In this document: positions 34,715-45,019 of the stretch, piece after piece
Layout of the letters: each line of letters begins with the position of its first letter
Numbering within the stretch: position 1 is the first letter of the stretch
Sequence record: PQ476011.1
Reading direction: 5' to 3' (one strand)
DNA from: Escherichia phage PhiNW-E1
Length of the DNA: 45,197 bases
Made by a program: the position numbers and the translations under genes
The notes under the pieces: model-generated
The model's input: only the letters and a program-made list of their open reading frames with translations
Database searches by the model: none
Told to the model about the DNA's origin: nothing

Positions 34715-37116
34715 TGGAAGTACAAGGTTCATTAGGTAGACAAATCCAAGGGATTAGCCAGCAGCCGCCAGCGGTACGCTTGGATGGTCAGTGCACAGCT
34801 ATGATTAACATGATACCTGATGTAGTGAATGGTACTCAATCACGCATGGGTACAACTCATATTGCAAAGATACTTGATGCGGGGACTGATGACATGGCTA
34901 CTCATCATTATCGCAGAGGTGATGGTGATGAAGAGTATTTCTTCACGTTGAAGAAAGGACAAGTTCCTGAGATATTTGATAAGTATGGGCGCAAATGTAA
35001 TGTGACTTCACAAGATGCACCTATGGCTTACTTGGCTGAGGTGATAAACCCAAGAGAAGATGTGCAATTTATGACGATAGCTGATGTTACTTTCATGCTT
35101 AACCGCAGGAAGGTAGTTAAAGCTAGTAACAGAAAGTCACCCAAAGTTGGAAACAAAGCCATTGTGTTTTGTGCATATGGTCAATACGGTACATCTTATT
35201 CCATTGTAATTAATGGGGCCAACGCTGCTAGTTTTAAAACACCAGATGGTGGAAGTGCAGACCATGTTGAACAAATTCGAACTGAACGTATCACTTCTGA
35301 ATTGTACTCTAAGCTACAGCAATGGAGCGGTGTGAGTGACTATGAAATACAAAGAGACGGTACTAGTATATTTATCGAGAGACGGGATGGTGCTAGCTTT
35401 ACAATAACAACCACCGATGGTGCAAAAGGTAAGGACTTAGTGGCTATCAAGAATAAAGTTAGCTCTACTGACCTACTCCCTTCTCGTGCGCCTGCTGGTT
35501 ATAAAGTACAAGTGTGGCCTACTGGCAGCAAACCTGAGTCTCGTTACTGGCTGCAAGCTGAGCCGAAAGAGGGAAACCTTGTGTCTTGGAAAGAAACAAT
35601 AGCTGCTGATGTATTACTTGGGTTTGATAAAGGCACAATGCCTTACATCATTGAACGTACAGGTATCATTGACGGCATAGCTCAATTCAAGATAAGACAA
35701 GGTGATTGGGAAGATCGTAAAGTAGGGGATGACTTGACTAACCCTATGCCCTCTTTTATTGATGAGGAAGTACCCCAGACAATAGGTGGAATGTTCATGG
35801 TGCAGAACCGCCTATGCTTTACAGCAGGTGAAGCGGTTATTGCTTCTCGTACATCATACTTCTTCGATTTCTTTCGTTATACGGTTATCTCTGCATTGGC
35901 AACTGACCCATTTGATATTTTCTCAGATGCTAGTGAAGTCTACCAGCTAAAACATGCAGTGACCTTAGATGGCGCTACCGTGTTGTTCTCTGATAAGTCA
36001 CAATTCATACTGCCAGGCGATAAGCCTTTAGAGAAGTCAAATGCACTGCTTAAGCCTGTTACAACATTTGAAGTGAACAATAAAGTGAAGCCAGTAGTAA
36101 CTGGTGAATCGGTAATGTTTGCCACTAATGATGGTTCTTACTCTGGTGTACGAGAGTTCTATACAGACTCTTATAGTGACACTAAGAAGGCACAAGCAAT
36201 CACAAGTCATGTGAATAAACTCATCGAAGGTAACATTATCAACATGGCAGCAAGTACCAATGTCAACCGATTGCTTGTCACTACTGATAAGTATCGTAAC
36301 ATAATTTATTGCTATGATTGGTTATGGCAAGGTACAGACCGTGTACAATCAGCATGGCATGTATGGGAGTGGCCTATGGGTACAAAGGTGCGAGGTATGT
36401 TTTATTCTGGTGAATTACTTTATCTACTCCTTGAGCGAGGCGATGGCGTCTATCTGGAGAAGATGGACATGGGTGATGCACTAACCTATGGTTTGAATGA
36501 CCGCATCAGAATGGATAGGCAAGCAGAGTTGATCTTCAAGCATTTTAAAGCAGAAGATGAATGGATATCTGAACCACTTCCTTGGATTCCTACTAACCCA
36601 GAATTTTTGGATTGCATCTTAATAGAAGGGTGGGATTCATATATTGGAGGTTCTTTCCTGTTCAAATATAACCCTAGTGATAACACCTTGTCTACAACCT
36701 TTGACATGCATGATGATAACCACGTAAAAGCGAAGGTTATTGTTGGTCAGATTTACCCTCAAGAGTTTGAACCTACACCTGTAGTTATCAGAGATAGGCA
36801 AGATCGTGTATCCTATATTGATGTACCTGTTGTGGGGTTGGTTCACCTTAATCTTGATATGTATCCTGATTTCTCTGTGGAAGTTAAGAATGTGAAGAGT
36901 GGTAAAGTACGCAGGGTGCTAGCGTCAAACCGTATAGGTGGTGCTCTCAACAACACAGTAGGTTATGTTGAACCAAGGGAGGGTGTCTTCAGATTCCCAC
37001 TGAGGGCTAAGAGTACGGATGCTGTTTATCGTATTATTGTAGAATCACCTCATACATTCCAGCTTCGCGATATTGAGTGGGAAGGGAGCTACAATCCAAC
37101 CAAAAGGAGGGTCTAA
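34714..37116 (+). CDS. Tail tubular protein B (T7 gp12-like)
   Basis: 800 aa; ATG 34714 overlaps upstream stop. Confidence 0.75.
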   Translation: MEVQGSLGRQIQGISQQPPAVRLDGQCTAMINMIPDVVNGTQSRMGTTHIAKILDAGTDDMATHHYRRGDGDEEYFFTLKKGQVPEIFDKYGRKCNVTSQDAPMAYLAEVINPREDVQFMTIADVTFMLNRRKVVKASNRKSPKVGNKAIVFCAYGQYGTSYSIVINGANAASFKTPDGGSADHVEQIRTERITSELYSKLQQWSGVSDYEIQRDGTSIFIERRDGASFTITTTDGAKGKDLVAIKNKVSSTDLLPSRAPAGYKVQVWPTGSKPESRYWLQAEPKEGNLVSWKETIAADVLLGFDKGTMPYIIERTGIIDGIAQFKIRQGDWEDRKVGDDLTNPMPSFIDEEVPQTIGGMFMVQNRLCFTAGEAVIASRTSYFFDFFRYTVISALATDPFDIFSDASEVYQLKHAVTLDGATVLFSDKSQFILPGDKPLEKSNALLKPVTTFEVNNKVKPVVTGESVMFATNDGSYSGVREFYTDSYSDTKKAQAITSHVNKLIEGNIINMAASTNVNRLLVTTDKYRNIIYCYDWLWQGTDRVQSAWHVWEWPMGTKVRGMFYSGELLYLLLERGDGVYLEKMDMGDALTYGLNDRIRMDRQAELIFKHFKAEDEWISEPLPWIPTNPEFLDCILIEGWDSYIGGSFLFKYNPSDNTLSTTFDMHDDNHVKAKVIVGQIYPQEFEPTPVVIRDRQDRVSYIDVPVVGLVHLNLDMYPDFSVEVKNVKSGKVRRVLASNRIGGALNNTVGYVEPREGVFRFPLRAKSTDAVYRIIVESPHTFQLRDIEWEGSYNPTKRRV

Positions 37117-37838
37117 TGGCTATAGGTTCAGCCGTTATGGCTGGTATGTCTTCTATTGGTAGCATGTTTGCAGGCAGTGGTGCAGCAGCCGCTGCTGGAG
37201 GTGCTGCCGCAGGTGGCGGAGGTTTGCTAGGTTCACTAGGTGGATTCCTAAGTGGCTCTACTGCTGGTTTCTCTAATGCTGGCCTTCTTGGTGCTGGCCT
37301 TCAAGGGTTAGGCTTGATTGGTGATCTATTTGGTGGAAGTGATGAAGCCAAGGCGATGAAGAAAGCACAAGAAGAGCAATGGCGGCAGCAGCTTATTGCT
37401 ACACAAGAGGCGTACAAGACAGTGGCAGACGCAGAACGTTCTGCTGCTAAACAATATCATGCAGATGCAATCAGTAATCAGGCTTCACTGCTACAGCAGC
37501 GAGCACAGGTTGCATTACTTGCTGGGGCTACTGGTACTGGTGGTAATTCTGTGTCCTCTATGCTTAATGACTTAGCAGCAGATGGCGGCAGGAACCAGAG
37601 TACTATCATTGATAACTATGAGAATCAGAAGATTAATTTCACCAACCAGCTTAAGTCTATCCAACGTGGTGGTCAGATGCAGATGCGTGAGTTTAAGAAG
37701 CCTTCTGCTAGGAATACCTTGGTTAAAGGTATTCCAAGTCTGGCATCTGCCTATGTAACTGGTAGTAAGTCTGGCAAGGCATTGGGTAAAGCCTTAACTG
37801 ATTCTCGCACATATTCATCTGGAACAAGAGGTATTTAA
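37116..37838 (+). CDS. Internal virion protein, Gly/Ala-rich
   Basis: 240 aa; ATG overlaps tail-B stop; N-terminal Gly/Ala-rich low complexity. Confidence 0.65.
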   Translation: MAIGSAVMAGMSSIGSMFAGSGAAAAAGGAAAGGGGLLGSLGGFLSGSTAGFSNAGLLGAGLQGLGLIGDLFGGSDEAKAMKKAQEEQWRQQLIATQEAYKTVADAERSAAKQYHADAISNQASLLQQRAQVALLAGATGTGGNSVSSMLNDLAADGGRNQSTIIDNYENQKINFTNQLKSIQRGGQMQMREFKKPSARNTLVKGIPSLASAYVTGSKSGKALGKALTDSRTYSSGTRGI

Positions 37839-40786
37839 TGGCAATTGAGCGACAAGCAGTACAAGGTCTGCCACAAGTGCAGGCCACTTCTCCTAATGTC
37901 ATGACCTTTGCACCTCAACAAGTGGGAGGTGTGGAGGCTGGCGTGGCTTCTACCTCCGGTAGTAGATTTATCGAAGACCTTATTCGTGCAGCAAGCAGCG
38001 TGGCTGATGTTACCACTGGTATCCTTAATCAGAAGATTGAGGAAGATAAGGTTGTTCAAATGGAACGGGCATATAACGGATTAATGCCTTCTGAGGATGC
38101 AACTCGTGGTGGCGCTCGTGCTAACATGCTTGTCAAAGCTCAACTGCTAGCTAATGATGAAGCAGCACGAATGAAAGACATGGCTACTCGTTTCCAAGGG
38201 ACGGATGACGAGTGGACACAACTTACGGTTGACTCTCGTAATGAGATGCAGAATAAGCTGTTCCGGCAATACCCTGAGTTGCAAGGTGACAAAGATACTA
38301 TGCGTATGGTCACTAATGTCTTCCAAGAACAGCAGCCTCAGATTTGGGCTACACGAACCCAGCATAAACTTGACCGTGAACAAGCCGACCGTGAGGATAC
38401 CTTTGACGGGCGAGTGGCTTCTACTTGGGACTCTAATATTGACCCTGAAGCCTCTGGCTATGCTTTACAGGAACGAATCCGCGAAGGTCTGACTCAAGGA
38501 TTACTACCTGAACAGATGCACAAGAAGTTAGTCCAGCGGGCAATTTCACTTGCACAAGGTGGTGATGTTAGCATGGCTGAAGCCCTGAAGTATGTGAAGG
38601 ACGATAAGGGCGTTTCTGTTTATGCTAAGAATCCACAGCTTATCACAGCCATCACTAGTGGTAATGCAGTTTGGGCTAGGAATAATGTAGCTGATGTAAC
38701 TCGTATGTCTTTCGAAGTTAAAGAATCATACCTTGCAGGTGATTTAACTGATGAAGAATTGTTGGAACGAGCACAGCACATTAATAATCTGACAGGTAAC
38801 TATGTCTTCTCTAATCCAGAGCTAGAGGCACTGATGCGCAAACGGGCTAAGCAAAATGCAGAGCTAGGTGCAATGCAGGATATGCGACGTGAGCTTTACT
38901 CCGACCGCCTGACTGGCTTCCAAGGTAAGACTGATAAAGAGAAGAAGGCTTACATTGATGTTATCAAACAGGATAGCCAACTTTATGCAGACCAGCAAAT
39001 CAAACAACGTGGCTTGGATCCTTACAGTCAAGAGGCTGAAGCTATTCGTGGTGCAGTGGAAGTGCAGCGTCTGCAATTCATGAACTCCAAAGGCTTAGTG
39101 GATGACACCTTTGAGTCTCGTATCAAAGCCATGGAATCTATGCTATCGCCTGAGCACTTTGCCAAGGGCGAACCACAGGAGTTGATGACTATTCGCCAGT
39201 TGTGGGAACAGTTGCCAGAAGAGAGCCGAGGTGTCTTTGGTGACACGGTTAATGGCTACATGGATAACTACAACACTGCACTACAAATGGGAGAGACACC
39301 TTTGCAGGCTGCAAGGTTTGCGCGTGAAGCACAGCAGAAATTCTCTCGTACTGAGAAGGAAACCAAGAAGTTCAACTCAGCTATTGGAGATGCACTGGAT
39401 GAGGTATCTGGTGCTGGCTGGTTTGATGGTAAAACCGAAGTGTCAGACTTAGGTAAAGCTATTGCGGAAGAAGAGTTACGAGCTAAGGCCAATATGTTGT
39501 GGTCTAGCGGTATGCGTAACATGGATTCTATCAAGAAGGCTTTAATTACTTGGGGCAATAAACGCTACACTCAATCAGAGGATGCAAAGACTTCCGGTGG
39601 CTATTTCATTAAAGGTGATTACACTTCTGCATCTGATATGCTTATGTCAGTTGGGAAAGGTGTAAACCCTACCGATGCCCCTCTGGCGCTTGGTAGGTAT
39701 GTAGAAACACAGATGCCAGAATTGAAGAAGGAGCTTCAAGAGTGGGAAACTAAGGATGATGTGTACATTGATTACAATGAACAGAAAGGAACTTTTGTGA
39801 TTCGTGCTGGTGCAGCAGGTCGCCCTCTTTCTGGAGTAATCCCTGTAACTTCTTTGGATACCACTTCACTACTGGATTCTGCCTATCAGAAGAAAGTAGA
39901 AGAACGAGATAAAGGCGAGTATGTTCACCCGTATCGTACAGATATTGGTGCACAAGAGCCTATGCCAGCTAAACCAACTGCCAAAGATATTGGTAAATTT
40001 GGACTAGCTAACTTCCTCATGTCTTCTGCTTTTGCTTCTGGTGAGAATCTACCTTCTAACTTCGAGATTAACTATCGAGGTAATATGCAACAATTCTATG
40101 ACAAGCTAGCTATGGATGAGAATAAAGATAAAGTTGGCTTTAATAAGGCAACTGGAACCTTTACTCCATATAAAGACGCTCACGGTGAGTCTATCGGTTA
40201 CGGTCATTTCTTAACGGAAGAAGAGAAGCGAAACGGGTATATTAAGATTGGCGATGAACTAGTTCCCTATCGAGGGTCTATGTCTCAGCTTACAGAGAGT
40301 AAGGCTCGCGCTCTTATGGAGCAAGATGCTAAGAAGCATGTGCCACCTACTCGTGATTGGAAGATTCCATTCGACCAAATGCATCCGGCACAGCAACGTG
40401 GCTTGATGGATTTAACCTACAATTTAGGTAAAGGTGGAATCCAGAACTCACCGCGTGCTCTTGCTGCATTCAAGGCAGGTAAGCTTACAGAAGGCTTTAT
40501 CGAAATGCTGGGTACTGCATCCAGTGAAGGTAAGCGTATTCCTGGCTTATTAAAGCGTAGAGCAGAAGCTTACAACATGGCATCTGCTGGCGGTGTACCT
40601 AAGATTACCGAAGTAGAGACTCGTGAAGATGGGTCTATGTGGGTTAAGTTTGGTGGACCTATGCCAGCAGGTTCTGTCTCTGCGTGGACTCATAAACGTA
40701 TAGGTGCTGATGGCTGGTATCAGGTTTATGATGCTGCACCTACTAAGCTGGCTAAAGGCTCTAAGGTAGGTAAAGTTAAGTTGTAG
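37838..40786 (+). CDS. Internal virion (ejection) protein with C-terminal lysozyme-like domain
   Basis: 982 aa; C-terminal region has YKDAHGESIGYGH and a following helical segment like the T4-lysozyme/GH24 fold. Confidence 0.7.
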   Translation: MAIERQAVQGLPQVQATSPNVMTFAPQQVGGVEAGVASTSGSRFIEDLIRAASSVADVTTGILNQKIEEDKVVQMERAYNGLMPSEDATRGGARANMLVKAQLLANDEAARMKDMATRFQGTDDEWTQLTVDSRNEMQNKLFRQYPELQGDKDTMRMVTNVFQEQQPQIWATRTQHKLDREQADREDTFDGRVASTWDSNIDPEASGYALQERIREGLTQGLLPEQMHKKLVQRAISLAQGGDVSMAEALKYVKDDKGVSVYAKNPQLITAITSGNAVWARNNVADVTRMSFEVKESYLAGDLTDEELLERAQHINNLTGNYVFSNPELEALMRKRAKQNAELGAMQDMRRELYSDRLTGFQGKTDKEKKAYIDVIKQDSQLYADQQIKQRGLDPYSQEAEAIRGAVEVQRLQFMNSKGLVDDTFESRIKAMESMLSPEHFAKGEPQELMTIRQLWEQLPEESRGVFGDTVNGYMDNYNTALQMGETPLQAARFAREAQQKFSRTEKETKKFNSAIGDALDEVSGAGWFDGKTEVSDLGKAIAEEELRAKANMLWSSGMRNMDSIKKALITWGNKRYTQSEDAKTSGGYFIKGDYTSASDMLMSVGKGVNPTDAPLALGRYVETQMPELKKELQEWETKDDVYIDYNEQKGTFVIRAGAAGRPLSGVIPVTSLDTTSLLDSAYQKKVEERDKGEYVHPYRTDIGAQEPMPAKPTAKDIGKFGLANFLMSSAFASGENLPSNFEINYRGNMQQFYDKLAMDENKDKVGFNKATGTFTPYKDAHGESIGYGHFLTEEEKRNGYIKIGDELVPYRGSMSQLTESKARALMEQDAKKHVPPTRDWKIPFDQMHPAQQRGLMDLTYNLGKGGIQNSPRALAAFKAGKLTEGFIEMLGTASSEGKRIPGLLKRRAEAYNMASAGGVPKITEVETREDGSMWVKFGGPMPAGSVSAWTHKRIGADGWYQVYDAAPTKLAKGSKVGKVKL

Positions 40787-40803
40787 TACCTAACTCAAGG
40801 CTT

Positions 40804-40819
40804 GTCTCACATGTGAGAC
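40804..40819. repeat. 16-bp palindrome GTCTCACATGTGAGAC, copy 6 (hairpin about 40800-40823)
   Basis: Between the two large internal virion protein genes; followed by TCTTTATG. Confidence 0.7.
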
Positions 40820-40850
40820 AGGTCTTTATGATAGGCACTATGGAGGAACT

Positions 40851-43800
40851 ATGGAACAAGATATTAAGACTAATTGGGCTGGATATGTCCAGTCTACTCC
40901 TGAGCCGTTTTCTATTGAGGCGGCTCCGGTATCGGCTCCTACGATACGCCAGCGTAATGAGTTACAAGAGCAAGTTCTTGAAGCTAAAGCTGATGCTGAT
41001 ATCTTAGGTGCTGTAGGTGCTGCCTTCCAGAATGAGTGGTTGGCATTCGGAGGTAAGCGGTGGTATGACCGTGCCACTGCTGATTTCACACCTCAACCGG
41101 ACTTTGAGATACAACCTGAGCAACGTGAAGCACTACGTTTCAAATACGGAACGGATATGATGCAGACAATCACTGAGGGTGTTAGGTCTGAGGATGAATT
41201 AAACTTCCGTATTCAGAACGCTGATGAAGACCTTGAGCGTAATAAACGTATTGCGCAGGCTGGCTGGGCTGGCTCTGTGGCAACGATTGGCGCTGCTGTG
41301 CTTGACCCAGTGGGTTGGGTTGCCTCTATCCCAACTGGCGGTGCAGCCAAAGTCGGCCTCGTAGGTCGTGCCGTGCGTGGCGCTATCGCCGCTGGCGTGA
41401 GCAATGCCGCTATTGAATCCGTGTTAGTACAAGGCGACATGACTCGTGATTTAGATGACATTATGGTAGCACTAGGCTCCGGTATGGCTATGGGTGGCGT
41501 TATTGGCGCTGTAGCGCGTGGTAGGGCCACTAAGCTCAGCGAGCAAGGGGATGACAGGGCTGCGAGTGTTGTGCGCAGTGCAGACGCAGGGGACCGCTAT
41601 GTTCGTGCCGTTGCCGATGACAGTATCGGTGCGATGCGTGTTAAGGGCGCAGAGGTTCTCACTGAGGGTGCATTCGATATCTCAAGTAAGGGTGAAGACC
41701 TACTGAAAACCTTGCAACGAGAAGGTAATGCGATTGATATGACACCTCGCCGTTGGGCTGGAACTATGTCTGCCCTCGGTACTGTCGTGCATTCCTCTCA
41801 GGATGCTAGTGTTCGTGGCCTCGGTGCTCGCCTGTTTGAGTCCCCGCAAGGCTTAGGTGCACAGAAGGCATCGGCTAGTCTCATGCAGAATATTAACTTG
41901 AACCGTCTGAAATCTGCTGATATGAATCGTTTCAACGATGGGTTCGATTTGTGGCTCAAAGAGAATAATATCAATCCGGTTGCAGGTCATACTAACTCTC
42001 ACTATGTGCAGCAATATAATGAGAAGGTATGGGAAGCTGTACGCATCGGTATGGATGAGTCTACGCCTAAGTCTATTCGTATGGCAGCAGAGGGGCAGCA
42101 AGCTATGTACCGAGAAGCCTTAGCTTTACGGAAGCGCTCTGGTGAAGTTGGTTTTGAAAACATTAAAGCGGATGATAAGTATATGCCTGATATCTTTGAC
42201 ACTATGAAAGCTCGCCGTCAATTTGATAGGATAGGAAAGGATATAGATAAAGAAGATATCATTGAGTTATTCTCTCGTGCTTATCAGAACGGTGCTCGTA
42301 AAATTCCAAAAGAAGTAGCGGATGAAATTGCACGAGCACAAGTAAACCGCGTTGCTGATGCCACCCTGACTGGACAGCTTAGCTTTGAAAAGGCCATGTC
42401 TGGTCAAACCAAAGCAGAATATGAAGCAATCATGCGCAAAGCAGGCCTTAGTGATGAAGAGATTGAAAAGATGGTAGAAGCTCTGGATAACAAAGAAACT
42501 AGAGACAATATCTCTAACCGAGCTAAGATGAGTCTAGGCTTAGATGTTACTCAGGAATACAATGGTCTTCGTATGCGTGATTTTATGAATACTAACGTGG
42601 AAGAGTTAACAGATAACTACATGAAGGAAGCGGCAGGTGGTGCTGCATTGGCCCGCCAAGGGTTCTCTACCTATCAGGCTGCACTTAATGCAATTGACCT
42701 TGTAGAGCGAAATGCACGAAACGCGGCTAAGGGTAGCAAGGCTAGCTTAGCATTAGATGAAGAGATTCGTCAGATGCGAGAAGGTCTTCGCCTGATTATG
42801 GGTAAATCCATTGATGCAGACCCACAAGCTATATCTACTAAGATGATGCGCCGTGGTCGTGATATCACGGGTGTGCTCCGATTAGGCCAGATGGGCTTCG
42901 CACAGCTAGGTGAACTTGCTAACTTCATGGGTGAGTTTGGTGTTGCTGCAACCACTATGGCTTTAGGTAAGCAATTCCGCTTCACCTCTAAGGCGTTGCG
43001 TAATGGCGATGGCTTCTTCCGAGATAAGAACTTGGCAGAAGTAGAGCGAATGGTAGGCTACATTGGTGAGGACAACTGGTTAACGACCAAGGGTGCGCGC
43101 CCAGATGAGTTTGGTGATGTAACCACAGTGCGAGGTATGATGGCCCATTTTGACCAGTCCATGAACTCTATACGACGTGCTCAGACAAACCTATCCCTCT
43201 TCCGCATGGCACAGGGTTCTCTGGAGCGAATGACCAATAGGCAAATAGCTTTGTCTTTCATTGACCACCTTGAAGGCAAGAAGATTATCCCTCAGAAGAA
43301 ACTGGAGGAACTTGGTCTTACTCAGGAGTTCATGACTAACCTACAGAAGCACTATGATGCTAACTCTAAAGGTTCTGGCTTGCTTGGCTTTGATACAATG
43401 CCTTATGCCATGGGTGAAACTTTAGCTAATGCTATTCGTCGTAAGTCAGGTCTAATTATCCAACGTAACTTCATTGGTGATGAAGGTATCTGGATGAACA
43501 AAGCACTAGGTAAGACATTTGCACAGCTTAAGTCATTCTCTCTTGTATCTGGTGAGAAGCAATTTGGTCGAGGGATTCGCCACGATAAAATTGGTCTTGC
43601 TAAGAAGACAGCTTACGGGTTTGCTTTGGGTTCAATAGTGTATGCGGCAAAAGCCTATGTGAACTCTATTGGGCGAGAAGACCAAGATGAATATTTGGAA
43701 GAGAAGTTATCGCCTAAAGGGTTGGCCTTTGGTGCAATGGGTATGATGAGTACAACTGCTGTATTTAGTCTAGGTGGAGATTTCTTAGGTGGCCTAGGTG

Positions 43801-44048
43801 TTCTACCTTCTGAGTTAGTACAATCCCGTTATGAGGCTGGCTTTCAGACTAAGGGTTTGATAGACCAAATACCACTAGTAGGTGTTGGTCAAGATGCATA
43901 TCGTTTAGCAGATTCTATAACTAAATATGCAGAGGGTGATACAGAAGGTGTAGATGTGGCACGTAGGGCTTTACGCTTAGTGCCTCTAACTAATGTAATA
44001 GGAATCCAGAACGCATTGCGTTATGGCTTAGATGAACTGGAGGATTGA
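40851..44048 (+). CDS. Large internal virion (ejection) protein
   Basis: 1065 aa; RBS GGAGGA 40842-40847; size and position match the largest core protein of T7-group phages. Confidence 0.7.
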   Translation: MEQDIKTNWAGYVQSTPEPFSIEAAPVSAPTIRQRNELQEQVLEAKADADILGAVGAAFQNEWLAFGGKRWYDRATADFTPQPDFEIQPEQREALRFKYGTDMMQTITEGVRSEDELNFRIQNADEDLERNKRIAQAGWAGSVATIGAAVLDPVGWVASIPTGGAAKVGLVGRAVRGAIAAGVSNAAIESVLVQGDMTRDLDDIMVALGSGMAMGGVIGAVARGRATKLSEQGDDRAASVVRSADAGDRYVRAVADDSIGAMRVKGAEVLTEGAFDISSKGEDLLKTLQREGNAIDMTPRRWAGTMSALGTVVHSSQDASVRGLGARLFESPQGLGAQKASASLMQNINLNRLKSADMNRFNDGFDLWLKENNINPVAGHTNSHYVQQYNEKVWEAVRIGMDESTPKSIRMAAEGQQAMYREALALRKRSGEVGFENIKADDKYMPDIFDTMKARRQFDRIGKDIDKEDIIELFSRAYQNGARKIPKEVADEIARAQVNRVADATLTGQLSFEKAMSGQTKAEYEAIMRKAGLSDEEIEKMVEALDNKETRDNISNRAKMSLGLDVTQEYNGLRMRDFMNTNVEELTDNYMKEAAGGAALARQGFSTYQAALNAIDLVERNARNAAKGSKASLALDEEIRQMREGLRLIMGKSIDADPQAISTKMMRRGRDITGVLRLGQMGFAQLGELANFMGEFGVAATTMALGKQFRFTSKALRNGDGFFRDKNLAEVERMVGYIGEDNWLTTKGARPDEFGDVTTVRGMMAHFDQSMNSIRRAQTNLSLFRMAQGSLERMTNRQIALSFIDHLEGKKIIPQKKLEELGLTQEFMTNLQKHYDANSKGSGLLGFDTMPYAMGETLANAIRRKSGLIIQRNFIGDEGIWMNKALGKTFAQLKSFSLVSGEKQFGRGIRHDKIGLAKKTAYGFALGSIVYAAKAYVNSIGREDQDEYLEEKLSPKGLAFGAMGMMSTTAVFSLGGDFLGGLGVLPSELVQSRYEAGFQTKGLIDQIPLVGVGQDAYRLADSITKYAEGDTEGVDVARRALRLVPLTNVIGIQNALRYGLDELED

Positions 44049-45010
44049 TGAGTTATACTTTCACAGAACATATAGCCAACGGTACGCAAGTAACCTATCC
44101 CTTTAGATTTGCTGGCAGGGATAAAGGCTATCTTCGTGCCTCAGATGTGATAGTGGAATCTCTTCAAGGTAACACTTGGATTGAGGTTACATCTGGCTGG
44201 CAATTAACTGGTACGCATCAAATCACTTTTGATGTAGCACCTGTTGCAGGTTTGAAGTTCCGTATTCGAAGGGAAGTACAAAAGGAGTATCCATACGCTG
44301 AGTTTGACCGTGGTGTTACCTTGGATATGAAGTCTTTAAATGGTTCTTTCATTCATATACTGGAGATTACACAGGAGTTACTTGATGGGTTTTATCCAGA
44401 AGGATACTTCATTAAGCAGAATGTAAGCTGGGGCGGCAACAAGATTACTGACCTAGCTGATGGTGAGAATCCAAAAGATGCAGTAAATAAATCACAGCTA
44501 GATGCTATCGACAAGAAGCATACTGATTGGAACTCTGCACAAGATATAGAGATTGCTGGTATTAAGAGAGGAATGGTGTCTGGTGTATCTCATCGCACTA
44601 TTCCTTGGTATATGGTCGCCTCCGGTGGAGAGCAAATCATTCGACCACCTTACTCATTTGATGATGCTATGGTGTTTATAAACGGTGTATTCCAGCATGA
44701 ACTAGCAGGTGCAGTATCAGTGGGGTATAATGTTATAACCCTATCCGAGCCATTACAGGCTGGGGATGAAGTTTATGTGCTTATCGGTAGTCGCTTAACC
44801 CCACCTACAAGTGCGGATACTATCCTCTTTACACAAGCAGTGAGTGAAGGTACACAATCTATCGACATTGTAACGGCTTTCCAACGTCTTGATGTATACT
44901 TGGATGGCCTGTATCAACCTAATAATGCTTATGAAATCGTAGGGTCTACTATCACTTTCAGTGAGCCATTACCTGAGTGTGTCGTAAGTATGAAGCTACA
45001 ACTAGTGTAA
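44048..45010 (+). CDS. Tail fiber/tailspike adaptor protein (T7 gp17 N-terminal domain-like)
   Basis: 321 aa from ATG 44048 (RBS GGAGGA 44036-44041); N-terminus MSYTFTEHIANGTQVTYPF resembles the virion-attachment domain of T7-type fibers. Confidence 0.65.
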   Translation: MSYTFTEHIANGTQVTYPFRFAGRDKGYLRASDVIVESLQGNTWIEVTSGWQLTGTHQITFDVAPVAGLKFRIRREVQKEYPYAEFDRGVTLDMKSLNGSFIHILEITQELLDGFYPEGYFIKQNVSWGGNKITDLADGENPKDAVNKSQLDAIDKKHTDWNSAQDIEIAGIKRGMVSGVSHRTIPWYMVASGGEQIIRPPYSFDDAMVFINGVFQHELAGAVSVGYNVITLSEPLQAGDEVYVLIGSRLTPPTSADTILFTQAVSEGTQSIDIVTAFQRLDVYLDGLYQPNNAYEIVGSTITFSEPLPECVVSMKLQLV

Positions 45011-45019
45011 GGAGGTGAG

